Counted from the first letter of the stretch, positions 1-8,576 are shown. The stretch: DNA of 36,502 bases from a virus (IMGVR_UViG_3300020044_006674:1-36502), one strand, 5' to 3'. The notes: generated by a model from the letters alone, not told the origin. Numbers and translations: made by a program.

Positions 1-312
1 AATCGGGTTCTCAATCGCAATTCGCGGAATGTCAGCCTTTGCCAGCATCATGAAAAAAGCCACTGCGCTTTGTTGACGTCCGTCTTTGCGCTTTTCCTCA
101 AAGTGCCTAGCACCGCTGACAGATAGGTGTGTGCATGGGGGGTGAGCAATCATCAAATCAAACGGATAATCCAAAACATCCCTGATGTCGCCCTGGTAAT
201 GCGGGCCGGGTACGTCAGTCGGCAACAGGTCGCAACTCATGGCATCGTGGCCCAGTGCGATAAAGGCATCACGCACCGCGCCGGAATACTCGCAAGCAAT
301 CAATACTTTCAT
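1..312 (-). CDS. Phage C5-cytosine DNA methyltransferase-like protein, truncated by the window edge
   Basis: Not in the ORF track. Manual translation MKVLIACEYSGAVRDAF...AHPPCTHLSVSG...IAIENPI shows the catalytic PPC motif and an ENP motif; AAGGAG RBS upstream. Confidence 0.8.
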   Translation of the reverse strand, partial: MKVLIACEYSGAVRDAFIALGHDAMSCDLLPTDVPGPHYQGDIRDVLDYPFDLMIAHPPCTHLSVSGARHFEEKRKDGRQQSAVAFFMMLAKADIPRIAIENPI

Positions 313-324
313 GCCTGTGTCTCC

Positions 325-411
325 TTAAGGTGTTTTGTCTCTACTGTGTAGTGCGCTTTGATAGCCTTGCTGCGGATTCCAGAGGCGAAGGGTTAGTGTG
401 TGTTCAGTCAT
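325..411 (-). pseudogene. Probable ninB N-terminal remnant (28 aa)
   Basis: MTEHTLTLRLWNPQQGYQSALHSRDKTP*; the first ~20 aa resemble NinB-family N-termini as I recall them, and it lies in the nin region. Confidence 0.35.
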
Positions 412-544
412 CCTTACCCCCTGCCATTACCCAATCTTCATAAGCCTCTTTTGGCGTCCAGCCAACTCCAAAGTTACCTAGCCAAGAATTGCGATGCACA
501 GAGCAACACCAAAACCCAAGTAATTTTCTGATGACCGGCTTCAT
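404..544 (-). CDS. Small hypothetical protein (46 aa)
   Basis: ATGA overlap with the ninG stop; MKPVIRKLLGFWCC...GVGWTPKEAYEDW; similar to 13974..14126. Confidence 0.6.
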   Translation of the reverse strand: MKPVIRKLLGFWCCSVHRNSWLGNFGVGWTPKEAYEDWVMAGGKDD

Positions 545-1113
545 TGCGCAGCCTCCAACGCACGCGCCTTGGCTGCGTATTCCCGCTTGAGTGCGATCAG
601 CGTATCAACCGTGTCCCGGCGTGGTGCGTGGTGGCCTTCTAGCCACTCCACAAGCTCAATCCCAAGCTTTGCAAGCAGTCCACGGCGAAACAACACTGCG
701 TTGCCCGATAGGTGCGTGTTACATGGTGCGCACTGTTTATGCACATTGCTCTCGGTAAACCGAAGCTCTGGCCGTGCGCCAACTGAAAGGTAGTGCCCTG
801 CGTGATATTGGCCGGTGTGCCAGCGCCCGCAACTGATGCACGGCTGGTCAGCATCACGTAGGCGGATAAAGCGGTTGAACTCAGTCTGCGCTTCCTTGGC
901 CCATTGCGCCTTACTTTTCATCTTTTCCCGCTTCTGCCGTGTCAGAGCCTTGTCCACCTTCGCAGCCATCAGAGCCCGCTTTGCGCTTGCCCTGGCGCTC
1001 TTTGCTGCCTGAGCTTGTGCGTAATCGTCAATGCAGGCGGGGTGTATGCGCTGGCCGGTGTCCATCTTCTTTTTGCAGTGTGGGCAGCGGGCCGGCTTGA
1101 ATTGAATGCTCAT
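541..1113 (-). CDS. ninG: NinG/Rap recombination endonuclease
   Basis: AQTEFNRFIRLRD, PCISCG, YHAGHYLSVGARPELRFTESNVHKQCAPCNTHLSGN are typical NinG motifs. Confidence 0.92.
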   Translation of the reverse strand: MSIQFKPARCPHCKKKMDTGQRIHPACIDDYAQAQAAKSARASAKRALMAAKVDKALTRQKREKMKSKAQWAKEAQTEFNRFIRLRDADQPCISCGRWHTGQYHAGHYLSVGARPELRFTESNVHKQCAPCNTHLSGNAVLFRRGLLAKLGIELVEWLEGHHAPRRDTVDTLIALKREYAAKARALEAAQ

Positions 1114-1316
1114 GATTTCATCCCGAAAATATTCATCAGATCGTCAACAGTTACCGGCTTTTCGCTGGCTTTGTACTGACTGCCTGATGCTGGTTTGCAA
1201 GCGATACCATCAGCAAAGCACTGATCTCCATAGGCCAGTAATTGCGCCCGCGTGTAGTAGAGCTTGCCGTGTACGGTGTCATCACGATCTATGCCGCGTG
1301 GGACTGGGTTGCTCAT
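1110..1316 (-). CDS. Hypothetical protein
   Basis: ATGA overlaps with neighbours on both sides. Confidence 0.65.
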   Translation of the reverse strand: MSNPVPRGIDRDDTVHGKLYYTRAQLLAYGDQCFADGIACKPASGSQYKASEKPVTVDDLMNIFGMKS

Positions 1317-1723
1317 GGCTTGAACTCCAGTACAGACTTGATCGCTGCTTCGCTGATTCTGTAGGCGCTTTCCTCAGTCCAGTGTGTCGGGTACATGCCG
1401 CCCATGTCATCTCGAAACTTTGCTATCAGGGATATCTGCTTCAATGTGTATTTCGAAATCGAACCTGACGGACTCATGCGAGCCATGTCGCGCAGCTTTT
1501 CTTCCATGGCTACCTTGGCAATCATCATGGCTGCGGCTGCTGGTGCTGTTGCTGGCGTCACATCGTACTCATAGCGGCGGCTTCCATCAGCGTAGGCGTA
1601 AGTCAGTCTAAAAGTATTGACAGCCTGACGGTCTTTTGTGACGGGCTCATCCCACTGAGCAGCGACCGGCACATATTTGCGCCCGACTTTTTTGTAAAGC
1701 GCTGTGGCTTCTGTTGTGCTCAT
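1313..1723 (-). CDS. Hypothetical phage protein
   Basis: 136 aa ORF coupled by ATGA overlaps. Confidence 0.75.
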   Translation of the reverse strand: MSTTEATALYKKVGRKYVPVAAQWDEPVTKDRQAVNTFRLTYAYADGSRRYEYDVTPATAPAAAAMMIAKVAMEEKLRDMARMSPSGSISKYTLKQISLIAKFRDDMGGMYPTHWTEESAYRISEAAIKSVLEFKP

Positions 1724-1869
1724 TTCACCGCCTTGAGCGCATCACGCACGCCATCATTGAGTTTCATGTCGGGCAATAGCGTGTTGTATTGCGCCAAGGC
1801 TGCGCGGGCGTAGTTTTCGTCTAGTTGTTTCATTTTGAGAATATGGGTAATGAGTTGTTCGCGGGTCAT
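1720..1869 (-). CDS. Small hypothetical protein (49 aa)
   Basis: MTREQLITHILKMKQLDENYARAAL...; fills the gap exactly with ATGA overlaps at both ends. Confidence 0.65.
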   Translation of the reverse strand: MTREQLITHILKMKQLDENYARAALAQYNTLLPDMKLNDGVRDALKAVK

Positions 1870-2840
1870 GTAGGACGGTGCGGGAAGTTGGGGAAGAACA
1901 TCACGGGGTCAAACTTTTCGCCAATGAACTGCTGGCTGTCCCGGTCAAACCAGAGATTGATCTTTGGCTCGTCCTCGCCATTGCGCTGCTTTCGGCAAAT
2001 CAGAAAACAATCGGCGTCGTCTTTTTTGGCACTGTTCTGGCCCTTAGCCGCAATGTCATCCGCCTTTTCCTTGTTGCGGTGAACAACAAAAAAGTTATCA
2101 ACTAGGTCGGTAATCGCCCCCGATCCTTTCGCGTCGTACTTGCCGCATACGGTGTACTCGCCGCCCGCTGGCTTTTTCATGTGGTGAATCAGGTGAATGT
2201 GGATCTGGTTGTCGCGGGCAAGGGATGTGAGTTCGTCAACAAAATCCTTTTGCTGGTTGTAATCGTCCTCCCCCTTGCTGCACTTCATAAGGCTGTCAAT
2301 CACAAAATGTTTGATCCCCAACTCTTTCGCGCAGTACCGTGCAACCGCTACCACTTGATCACCCGTGACCGTGCCTTGTTGGTCGTATAACCAAAGCCTC
2401 CCGTCGCTCCACTCTCCAAACTCGCCATAGAGCCCCGTCAAGGCCTCTATTCCGGCTTCAGATTGATATTCGTAGCTAAATGGATTAGTACCCGCATACA
2501 TGCGCGCCATTCGCTGTAGCGTCGTTACAGGCTTCATCTCAAAACTGGCAATGCACACCTTCTCGCCCTGACCCATTAGGCTTAGAGCGACTTGGGATGT
2601 CACCAGCGATTTACCGTGCCCGTTTTGCCCGGCCCACATCGTCACTTCACCGTCCCGAAAATTGAAAACGTCACGCGCCTTTTCCCACGGCATGTATATT
2701 TTTCTTGTTTGGTCAGGGTGGCGAAGTTTGTGCACCAGTTCGTCAACCCACATCGATGCTGGCTTGACTTTGGTAGATGCCTCGGTTTCGCGCAGGTAGA
2801 GCGAAAAGTCGATCAGGTCATCAGTAATCATTTCTGCCAT
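1866..2840 (-). CDS. DnaB/T7 gp4-like replicative helicase
   Basis: Walker A GQNGHGKS, SFEM, Walker B HFVIDSL, KGSGAITD, RKQRNG; start chosen at the ATG after GGAGG. Confidence 0.85.
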   Translation of the reverse strand: MAEMITDDLIDFSLYLRETEASTKVKPASMWVDELVHKLRHPDQTRKIYMPWEKARDVFNFRDGEVTMWAGQNGHGKSLVTSQVALSLMGQGEKVCIASFEMKPVTTLQRMARMYAGTNPFSYEYQSEAGIEALTGLYGEFGEWSDGRLWLYDQQGTVTGDQVVAVARYCAKELGIKHFVIDSLMKCSKGEDDYNQQKDFVDELTSLARDNQIHIHLIHHMKKPAGGEYTVCGKYDAKGSGAITDLVDNFFVVHRNKEKADDIAAKGQNSAKKDDADCFLICRKQRNGEDEPKINLWFDRDSQQFIGEKFDPVMFFPNFPHRPT

Positions 2841-3175
2841 GACAACATCCTCCATGCACGGTCTAGCAGCATCTCGTGATGTGCATCGATACCAACCATC
2901 CCGGCCCGGCAAGCGAGAAACAGTGCTGCCGGTTTAGCAGCTTCAACAGCTTTGATGGTTTGCTTGAAAAGTTTGGCGTGTTTGCCGATTTCGTAGATGG
3001 TCACATCCAACATCACAAGCGAACGAAAGTCGATATGTGCAGGTTGATCAGTGGGTGCAATGCGGATCATGTCGATTGATGGCTCTACGAAGCGCGGGCA
3101 GTCACCTACGATCAACCAAACTAGCTTAGGAGCACTACCACCTAGGCGAAGGTCTTTAAGGGCTTGTAGGCTCAT
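2828..3175 (-). CDS. Hypothetical protein in the replication module
   Basis: ORF between initiator and helicase; start MSLQALKDL follows the upstream stop by 2 nt. Confidence 0.7.
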   Translation of the reverse strand: MSLQALKDLRLGGSAPKLVWLIVGDCPRFVEPSIDMIRIAPTDQPAHIDFRSLVMLDVTIYEIGKHAKLFKQTIKAVEAAKPAALFLACRAGMVGIDAHHEMLLDRAWRMLSWQK

Positions 3176-3177
3176 AT

Positions 3178-3855
3178 CTAAATCGCCCCCGCCATTACGC
3201 TTGCATAGCTTGAGGTATGCGCTGTCTCGCCATCCTCCCAACGACGCTGATTGAGGTATGTCGCTGGATTGGGGATGTACTTGCCGTTTTCCTTTGTCCA
3301 GTCATCAGACTGTTTGCGGGCATCAATGTCTGTCAGGATGGATTCAATCTCTCCTGCATTTAGCTTGGCTGCTTTGAACTTGGCTAATGCTGCTGGCTTG
3401 GCTATCTTCTTTGGATATGCTGACCAAAACGAGGCGAAGCCGATTTCCGCTGCATCTGTGTTTATATCTGTATTAGTTAGTGATTTGCCCTTACGGACAA
3501 TTCCATTTGCCCCACAGGGCAGATGGTGCGCCCCACAGGGCAGAGGGTTTTTTGTCAGGAATTCATCGGTGAAAGCAAACCACGATGTCCGGTCGTATGT
3601 GTTTTGGTTGTAGTTGCCGCGCAGCAATACACCATCACTGACAAGCCTATCAATAGACCTTCGGATTTGCTTGTGCGATAGGTATGGGAAAACGAACTCA
3701 AAAGCACTGACGCTGTTGTATGTCCATGTTCTCCCATCGTAGTTGTGGCGCTTGTTTCCGATGTTCTTGAGAATCCAGAACTCGAAATTGTTTATCAGGA
3801 TGGCTTCATTCAAGCCGTACTGAGCAGCATGAACTATGTCAAATGAGTGCTGCAT
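3178..3855 (-). CDS. Phage replication initiation protein (replisome organiser-like)
   Basis: N-terminal winged-helix-like region (WTYNS...FPYLS.KQIRR); C-terminal FWSAYPKK...YIPNPATYLNQRRWED; lies upstream of the helicase. Confidence 0.8.
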   Translation of the reverse strand: MQHSFDIVHAAQYGLNEAILINNFEFWILKNIGNKRHNYDGRTWTYNSVSAFEFVFPYLSHKQIRRSIDRLVSDGVLLRGNYNQNTYDRTSWFAFTDEFLTKNPLPCGAHHLPCGANGIVRKGKSLTNTDINTDAAEIGFASFWSAYPKKIAKPAALAKFKAAKLNAGEIESILTDIDARKQSDDWTKENGKYIPNPATYLNQRRWEDGETAHTSSYASVMAGAI

Positions 3856-4142
3856 CAGACGGCCTGCCATTCGCGTTGGTCACGGCCAGAGTCGCTTTTA
3901 ACCATGAACCCGGTTAACTCAACCTCGCCGCGATCATGTAAAGCCTTCATGCGCTTGCCAACAGCGTGAGGCTCAAGCCCCGTGTGCCATGCAATCACAT
4001 CGACTCCCATAGCCCCATTGGCCGAGAGAGTTTCGACAATCTTTGCCTCATGCGATCTGATGAAATCCTTGGCGCTGTCTGCCGCCTGAAAGCTGGTTAA
4101 CGGGTCGTTTCCCCGTGCTAGTGGTAACATTGCGTGAATCAT
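3855..4142 (-). CDS. Winged-helix DNA-binding protein
   Basis: ARGNDPLTSFQAA motif followed by an HTH-like segment; common position upstream of the initiator. Confidence 0.65.
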   Translation of the reverse strand: MIHAMLPLARGNDPLTSFQAADSAKDFIRSHEAKIVETLSANGAMGVDVIAWHTGLEPHAVGKRMKALHDRGEVELTGFMVKSDSGRDQREWQAV

Positions 4143-4169
4143 TTTTTCCTTGGTAGGTTCAATGGTTAG

Positions 4170-4207
4170 AAGCCCGCGCAGCTCGTAACTGACGCGGGTT
4201 TTGTTTT
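4170..4207. terminator. GC-rich hairpin, possible terminator
   Basis: cccgcg...cgcggg stem with a T-rich tail on the + strand. Confidence 0.4.
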
Positions 4208-4232
4208 GGGCTTTTGAAAGCTGCCCATGCGC

Positions 4233-4385
4233 TTAAACAGTCGCAAACCGTGAGCTAGCGACATGAATCTGTTTTGATGGCACTGGCGACAACGTGAAGT
4301 TGTGCGTATGGCCGCGCCGTGGTGCCAAGATGCGTGCAGTGCGCTCAGCGGGCGAAAGGCTTGTGATGGGCGTCTTGGCTTTCAT
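4233..4385 (-). CDS. Small hypothetical protein (50 aa) downstream of cro
   Basis: ATGA overlap with the cro stop; MKAKTPITSLSPAERTARILAPR... Confidence 0.45.
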   Translation of the reverse strand: MKAKTPITSLSPAERTARILAPRRGHTHNFTLSPVPSKQIHVASSRFATV

Positions 4386-4573
4386 GCTGCAACCCGGTAC
4401 TTGTCGCACTCAGGCTCAGCGCGAAGCTCGCCGCCCGTAAGTGACTCAATTTGAAGTTGACGAAGCTCAGGCGGGTACTCCCCCCAAACAGCAACAGAAG
4501 GTTGCTTGATTCCAAGCGCGGTGGCTACGGCATGTTGATTGCCGAATTTCTCGATGACAGTTTGTGTTTTCAT
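4382..4573 (-). CDS. cro: Cro-like repressor
   Basis: 63 aa; FGNQHAVATALGIKQPSVAVWGEYPPELRQLQIE..TGGEL is a P22/N15-type Cro pattern; divergent from cI. Confidence 0.88.
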   Translation of the reverse strand: MKTQTVIEKFGNQHAVATALGIKQPSVAVWGEYPPELRQLQIESLTGGELRAEPECDKYRVAA

Positions 4574-4580
4574 AGCCCTT

Positions 4581-4622
4581 AATATAGCAGCATCTATGTT
4601 GAAGATCAATAGATGCGTCTAT
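4581..4622 (-). promoter_or_regulatory. PR promoter with two OR operators
   Basis: Minus-strand TTGATC-17bp-TATATT; ATAG-N6-CTAT palindromes at 4584-4597 and 4609-4622. Confidence 0.8.
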
Positions 4623-4694
4623 AGCCCGTTCATTACGAACCGTCAAAATGTTTGTCACCAGGGAGAACAAGATAAGGTTAACTGGGGAAGCGCA

Positions 4695-5081
4695 ATGGAC
4701 ACAATCGGGAAAAGGGTCAAAGCACTACGGACAAGCAAGAGGCTAACGCAAGTCAGACTTGCTGAGATGATCGGGTTAAAGCAATCAAGCATTGCCTACA
4801 TTGAGAACGATAGGACAGAGGTTCCCAAAGGGGAAACGCTCAACGGTCTATGTAAGGCGCTGGACACAACACCCGACTTCATTCTTTATGGGAGTGATGA
4901 AAAAGACCATGAGAATGCCATGCAAGAAGCTGAACTAATGTCGATCTGGCGCAAGCTGAGCCCGTTCGATAGGTCGCAATTACTGCGATCTGCACGCGGC
5001 CTGATGGCAACAACGCCACCACAGCACATAGCTCTAAAGCCAGCAATCAAGCCGCAAAGAGCAACGGCACAGGCTCACTAA
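4695..5081 (+). CDS. CI-like XRE-family HTH repressor without an S24 peptidase domain
   Basis: MDTIGKRVKALR...LTQVRLAEMIGLKQSSIAYIE...LCKALDTTPDFILYG; divergent from cro and flanked by operators. Confidence 0.85.
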   Translation: MDTIGKRVKALRTSKRLTQVRLAEMIGLKQSSIAYIENDRTEVPKGETLNGLCKALDTTPDFILYGSDEKDHENAMQEAELMSIWRKLSPFDRSQLLRSARGLMATTPPQHIALKPAIKPQRATAQAH

Positions 5082-5124
5082 AACGAGCTAATTCCACACT
5101 CAGCAGTTTTTATTTGAAATAAAT

Positions 5125-5166
5125 ATAGATGCTGCTATTGCTTGTGTTTATAGATCGTGCTATATT
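5125..5166 (+). promoter_or_regulatory. PL promoter with two OL operators
   Basis: TTGCTT(5138)-17bp-TATATT(5161); ATAG-N6-CTAT at 5125-5138 and 5150-5163. Confidence 0.8.
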
Positions 5167-5230
5167 TCACACATGCCGAAACGATGACGAATCGCAAAGC
5201 ACCGGTTGAAAGCATCGCCCTTCAGTCACC

Positions 5231-5243
5231 GACTCATTAACAA
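5231..5243 (+). promoter_or_regulatory. boxA-like antitermination signal
   Basis: GACTCATTAACAA resembles the boxA consensus YGCTCTTTAACAA, about 60 nt downstream of PL. Confidence 0.5.
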
Positions 5244-5646
5244 CACAACGCCCGTAGCGACAGCAATGTTTAGCAGGGCAAGTACACCGCCACTTGAGCG
5301 CGGTTGAGGTGGCTACTGAAAACCAACAACAGCAAAGAGCAAGGGCAATCATGAGGTGCCCGACTGAGAGAAGGAATTTACCCATGCGTCCAAACGGGCG
5401 CATCAATAAGTTTTTAAGAGGTGGAAATGGCGGTTGTATTGCATAAGCCGGAGCCGATGAGTTCCGTTAGCCTTTCGATTGAACATGCTTATGAATGCGT
5501 TTCCCATGTGGCTGGTACCACTCCACCCCACCATTTCGACAAGCAAACAGCGCGAAATCTTAGCCGCTTCGTATCCATTTAAAGACCGTGTAAGTCAAAA
5601 GCAAAAACGCTGCTTCATGCGATCTGCTTGCTTGTCAATTCAATAC

Positions 5647-5665
5647 GCACTTCGGTGCTTTTTTT
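5647..5665 (+). terminator. Intrinsic terminator (tL1-like)
   Basis: gcac-ttcg-gtgc followed by T7. Confidence 0.6.
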
Positions 5666-5678
5666 ACGACTGGAATTT

Positions 5679-5924
5679 ATGCGAACACATGAAACAAATA
5701 TCGGTGAAGGCGATGCGCCAGTCACATGCCACTACGAGTTTGACAGCGACGGCGACTTAGACGCGCTGCAGGTCATGTTTAACGGCGTTGACATTGTGGA
5801 CGCATTGAGTGATCAGCAAATGGGCCGGCTTGAGGACATATGCCGAGCCGCTGCCAAGGCTGATTACGAAAACACCCGCTATGACGCCGAAATTGATAAC
5901 TACATCGAAAGGACAACAGCATGA
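5679..5924 (+). CDS. Acidic hypothetical protein
   Basis: First clear ORF of the PL operon; ATGA overlap downstream. Confidence 0.7.
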   Translation: MRTHETNIGEGDAPVTCHYEFDSDGDLDALQVMFNGVDIVDALSDQQMGRLEDICRAAAKADYENTRYDAEIDNYIERTTA

Positions 5925-6124
5925 AGACACTTATCAACAATTTCGCAGGCGGTGCGCCAATCGAAATCAATGCAAATGTGCATCCCGAGATTGGCCCGCT
6001 TGTGAGCATCGTGCAGCGAATGGGCGCACTGAGCTTTCAGCACAGCATGACACCGCAACAAGCGCGTGACATGGCTGCAAAGCTACTCGTTTTGGCGAAC
6101 AGCTTTGACGAGGTGACAGCATGA
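5921..6124 (+). CDS. Hypothetical protein
   Basis: AAGGA RBS; ATGA coupling. Confidence 0.7.
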   Translation: MKTLINNFAGGAPIEINANVHPEIGPLVSIVQRMGALSFQHSMTPQQARDMAAKLLVLANSFDEVTA

Positions 6125-6294
6125 ACAGCAATTACACAGGGCGCATTGCCCGCAACCTAAACCAAGCGTTCGGCCCATATTGCAGCCCTTACGTTAGCCC
6201 CATGCCCGAGCCTATCCACACACACGACAAGATTGTTCTGGTGGCATGTGCATTGGGCGCTGTAGCAGTCCTTTTCGTTCTGGTGCTGCTATGA
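6121..6294 (+). CDS. Small membrane protein (57 aa)
   Basis: MNSNYTGRIARNLNQAFGPY...IVLVACALGAVAVLFVLVLL; GAGG RBS; ATGA overlaps. Confidence 0.65.
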   Translation: MNSNYTGRIARNLNQAFGPYCSPYVSPMPEPIHTHDKIVLVACALGAVAVLFVLVLL

Positions 6295-6455
6295 CACCCG
6301 CGCTACTGATTCTGATAGTAGTGATAGCGGCTGGCGCGTGTTGCCTTGTGGCGGTGTTTGAGAGCATTGCAAACGGCACGCCAGCCGAGCGCAAAGCATA
6401 CCGCGACAAGCGTGCTAAGGACGATATGGAAGCACTACTGCGGGGTGATGCATGA
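6291..6455 (+). CDS. Small membrane protein
   Basis: N-terminal hydrophobic helix; ATGA overlaps. Confidence 0.6.
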   Translation: MTPALLILIVVIAAGACCLVAVFESIANGTPAERKAYRDKRAKDDMEALLRGDA

Positions 6456-6670
6456 AAGACGCCATCAGCATTTACAAGCTCTACAGACGCGCAGGCAACA
6501 GCGTATCAGTGGGCATCAAAGCGGGGCTGTCAGCATGGCGCAGGACGTAAAGCTAGAAGGCATCTTGTATGCCATAGGGATGGAGAGCCGCGCAGGTTAC
6601 AGGCATATGGAAATGCTGTGTGATCTGCTTGCTGTGCCGTTTCCACCGAGAAATAAACCAAAGGAAAAGA

Positions 6671-7351
6671 ATGTCAATTGCGACAATGATCCTGGGCCAA
6701 AGCGGCACAGGGAAAACAACCAGCCTGCGCAACCTGAACCCGGACGAGGTGCTGCTGATTCAGGCGGTAAAAAAGCCCCTGCCTTTTCGTTCTGCTAAGT
6801 GGGTGCCATGCACCAAGGCAAACCCGGCAGGCTCAATTCTGGTGACTGACAACGCTCAGACGATTGTGGGCGCAATGAGCCGCACCAAGAAGCCAATCAT
6901 CATCATTGATGACTTTCAATACATCCTTGCCAATGAGTTCATGCGCAGGGTGCTTGATCAAGCGAAAGGAAATGAAGCCTTCGCAAAGTACAACGAGATT
7001 GCCCGCAACGCTTGGGACATTCTGATGTGTGCGGGCGGTAGCGGTGAAAACAAGATACCCGACAGCAGCCGTGTTTACATCCTTGCGCACACTCAAGAAG
7101 ATGACGGCGGCCATGTGAAGGCGAAAACAATCGGCAAGCTGCTGGATGAAAAAATCACTATCGAGGGATTGCTGACTATCGTCATGCGGACCACGGTGAT
7201 CAATGGGCAATACCTGTTCAGCACTCAGAACAGCGGACTCGATACCGTGAAAACACCGCTTGGAATGTTTGACGACATTCATATCCCAAATGATATAGCA
7301 GCCGTTGACGCTGCGATCTGTTCCTACTACCAAATCAACCAACCCGCTTAA
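6671..7351 (+). CDS. Sak4-like (AAA_24) ATP-binding recombination protein
   Basis: ILGQSGTGKTTS Walker A, IIIDDFQY Walker B, KTIGKLLDEK, KTPLGMF. Confidence 0.85.
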   Translation: MSIATMILGQSGTGKTTSLRNLNPDEVLLIQAVKKPLPFRSAKWVPCTKANPAGSILVTDNAQTIVGAMSRTKKPIIIIDDFQYILANEFMRRVLDQAKGNEAFAKYNEIARNAWDILMCAGGSGENKIPDSSRVYILAHTQEDDGGHVKAKTIGKLLDEKITIEGLLTIVMRTTVINGQYLFSTQNSGLDTVKTPLGMFDDIHIPNDIAAVDAAICSYYQINQPA

Positions 7352-7361
7352 AGGAAAAACC

Positions 7362-8003
7362 ATGTACGCATTAGACAAACAAGGCGCAGAAGCCGCTAAA
7401 AAATCAGACGCTGGTGGAGGTTCCATCAAAGAGATGGGTAAATATGTTGGAGCCTTTACCCAGGCTGTAGACCTTGACACGAAAAAAGGCGGCAAGGGAA
7501 TCGCTTTTTCGTTTGTGAGTTCATCGGGACAAAAGGCCAATCTTGCTATCTACACCAAAGGCGCTGACGGTTCGCTATATCAAGGATATAAGCAACTGAT
7601 GGCAATCATGGCTTGCATGGGCCTGCGCAACATCAACGCCAAGGACGGCGATTACACCAAGTACGACTACGACACCCGCAATGATGTGCAAGTGCATGGA
7701 ACCCTGTTTCCAGAGCTTTGCAAGCCCATTGGTTTGCTTCTTGAGACTGAGGATTATGAGAAGCAAGACGGAACCACAGGATCACGGGTTGTACTAAAAA
7801 ACGTATTTCAGGCAAACACCGAACTTACAGCCACCGAGATTCTCGACAGAAAAACAGTGCCTGTGCAGCTTGAAAAAATGGTGGAGGGTTTGCGGCATCG
7901 TCCAATGAAAGGCGCATTGAAACATGCACCAATGCCGACGCGCAACAGTGGCGCGAATGATTACCCCGATGCGCCTTTTGATTCCGACGAAATACCTTTT
8001 TGA
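7362..8003 (+). CDS. Phage single-stranded DNA-binding protein-like
   Basis: Follows the Sak4-like gene; acidic C-terminus DSDEIPF; AAGGA RBS. Confidence 0.7.
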   Translation: MYALDKQGAEAAKKSDAGGGSIKEMGKYVGAFTQAVDLDTKKGGKGIAFSFVSSSGQKANLAIYTKGADGSLYQGYKQLMAIMACMGLRNINAKDGDYTKYDYDTRNDVQVHGTLFPELCKPIGLLLETEDYEKQDGTTGSRVVLKNVFQANTELTATEILDRKTVPVQLEKMVEGLRHRPMKGALKHAPMPTRNSGANDYPDAPFDSDEIPF

Positions 8004-8060
8004 TCAACCACACCGCATAGCGGCTAGCGGGTGAAATGCCCGCGTAACTTTGGAGTCTGT

Positions 8061-8576
8061 ATGGCAATCACAAAAAAGATGGTTATGGATTGCATGAGGC
8101 GTGAAATTGCCCTATCGCTTCCGGTTAAAAAAAAGACAAATCATCACCACCAACGCCCTCTTTGGGCTTGGATGCAGGGCGCAAAACTAAGCGCAGGCCC
8201 ATCTAGGATTGAAGCTGTAATAGCGAATCAATGTAGGTGGCCGTGGAGAACATTAAATGCATCTGGTCACACGTTTGTGCATCGGGTGTTTAAGAAAAAG
8301 ACGCTGCCTTGGCTGCAAAAAAACTGGCTGCTTGATTTCATATCTAGGCGGTATCAAGGCAGCTACGGATATTCAAGATTTCAGATTTGCCACGATCACA
8401 ATTTCAAAACCAATAAGTTGCTAGATGCAAATGAAGCTTCATTGAAAACTTGGCAATTCTTTGAATCTTGCTTGGATAAATTGGGTGTCAAATATTTTGA
8501 TGTTCCTTTGCGACTAATTTTATCGGCTGAACTTTCAGCACTAATCAATCTTAAATTTATGGAGTATTACAAATGA
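8061..8576 (+). CDS. AT-rich hypothetical protein
   Basis: GGAG RBS; visibly lower GC than its neighbours. Confidence 0.6.
   Translation: MAITKKMVMDCMRREIALSLPVKKKTNHHHQRPLWAWMQGAKLSAGPSRIEAVIANQCRWPWRTLNASGHTFVHRVFKKKTLPWLQKNWLLDFISRRYQGSYGYSRFQICHDHNFKTNKLLDANEASLKTWQFFESCLDKLGVKYFDVPLRLILSAELSALINLKFMEYYK

Noticed and set aside
6346-6798. 150-aa + strand ORF
   Set aside because: Overlaps better-supported ORFs at both ends. A shorter gene from ~6535 or a 32-aa ORF at 6452-6550 is possible, but I cannot choose between them.
6833-7540. 235-aa - strand ORF
   Set aside because: Antisense to the well-supported Sak4-like and SSB-like genes.
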